DNA of 64,000 bases, taken from Selaginella moellendorffii. Lineage: Eukaryota; Plantae; Lycopodiophyta. Under the pieces are notes generated by a model. The model was not told the DNA's origin, did no database searches, and saw nothing but the letters and a program-made list of their open reading frames with translations. Below are positions 63,315-64,000 of the stretch, piece by piece (position 1 is the stretch's first letter; each line of letters begins with the position of its first letter). A program made the translations under genes and the position numbers. Location of the stretch: positions 962,086 through 1,026,085 of the forward strand of contig NW_003314325.1 in NCBI RefSeq assembly GCF_000143415.4, in the 5' to 3' direction.

Positions 63315-63595
63315 CAAGTGGGCCTAAACTCCACCTTGGGCACTTTGGTTGCCCAAGGGGCTGACAGCCACCGAAGTGCCCGAGGTGGCGAGCCCGGGCT
63401 GGACCTTGGGCAATTTGGCCACCTGAAAGGGCTGAGGTTATTCAAATAACCTAGGCCCCTTAGGCAGCCAAACTACCCAAGGTGGCTGGCCTGGGCTGGA
63501 CTTCAGGTAGTTTGGCCACCCGAGGGGCCGAGGTTATTCAAATAACTTCGGCCCCTCGAGCGGCCAAACTGCCTGAGGTAGCTGGCCCTAAAGAA
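63315..63595. repeat. GC-rich palindromic subterminal-type repeats
   Basis: GGGCTGAGGTTATTCAAATAACCTAGGCCC (~63429) and AGGGGCCGAGGTTATTCAAATAACTTCGGCCCCT (~63523), plus repeated GGGCTGGAC.T..GG.A.TTTGGCCACC. Confidence 0.7.
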
Positions 63596-63704
63596 GCGAT
63601 CAAGAAAGAAGCAAAGAGAAGAAAATGGAAGTGGAAGCAATTAAATCAAAACTCACCTTTAGTGGCATCTTTCCTTCTCGATTTCTCGATCGTGCTGGAT
63701 TTCT

Positions 63705-63910
63705 CGCACTCTCTCACTCTCTCACTCTCTCACTCTCAATCTCAACTCGTGTTCATACTGGCGCACTCTATCTCCTACACTCTCCCACACTAGATCTCTC
63801 CCACTCGTGCACTCAATCTCTCAATCTCTTGCGCACTCAATTGCTCGATCTCTTGCGCGCTTAATCCCTCGATCTCCTTTGCGCTCAATCCCTTGATCTC
63901 TCATGTGCTT
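63705..63910 (+). repeat. CT-rich (CTCTCA)n-like low-complexity tract
   Basis: Direct inspection. Confidence 0.8.
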
Positions 63911-64000
63911 CACTCACAGTGCGAACAGTAACCTAATCAACCAATCTCTCATCCTGGCCGTTCATTCTGAATAACCTAAATCTCAACCATCATAATATCT

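Overview
Eukaryotic, intron-containing plant DNA. It has very short introns (mostly ~50-70 nt), dense GC-rich genes, P- and PLS-class PPR genes and a flagellar PACRG gene, which points to a seed-free vascular plant, most likely the lycophyte Selaginella (inference). A gene island at ~8.4-38.9 kb is flanked by AT-rich, C-to-T-eroded repeats (1-8.3 kb and 39-64 kb). The island holds two head-to-head PPR genes, a Crinkler-like P-loop NTPase, a 13-exon CbiA/CobB-like + BtuF-like fusion gene, a DUF688-like gene, type-B plastid FtsH, a UDP-glycosyltransferase, an F-box/kelch pseudogene, RER5/6-like, PACRG and an orphan small secreted protein. The most striking item is the apparent cobalamin-pathway fusion: a cobyrinate a,c-diamide synthase fold with a catalytically dead glutaminase domain, joined to a corrinoid-type binding protein, in an organism class that does not make B12. 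The right-hand repeats are a nested set of decayed Ty3/gypsy-type LTR elements. They contain solo LTRs, 5S-rRNA-bearing Cassandra-like TRIMs, a second TRIM family, an interlocked double inverted repeat, and a split, decayed ParB-like + N6/N4-DNA-methyltransferase-like gene. All gene models were spliced by eye and family assignments are from remembered motifs, not database searches.
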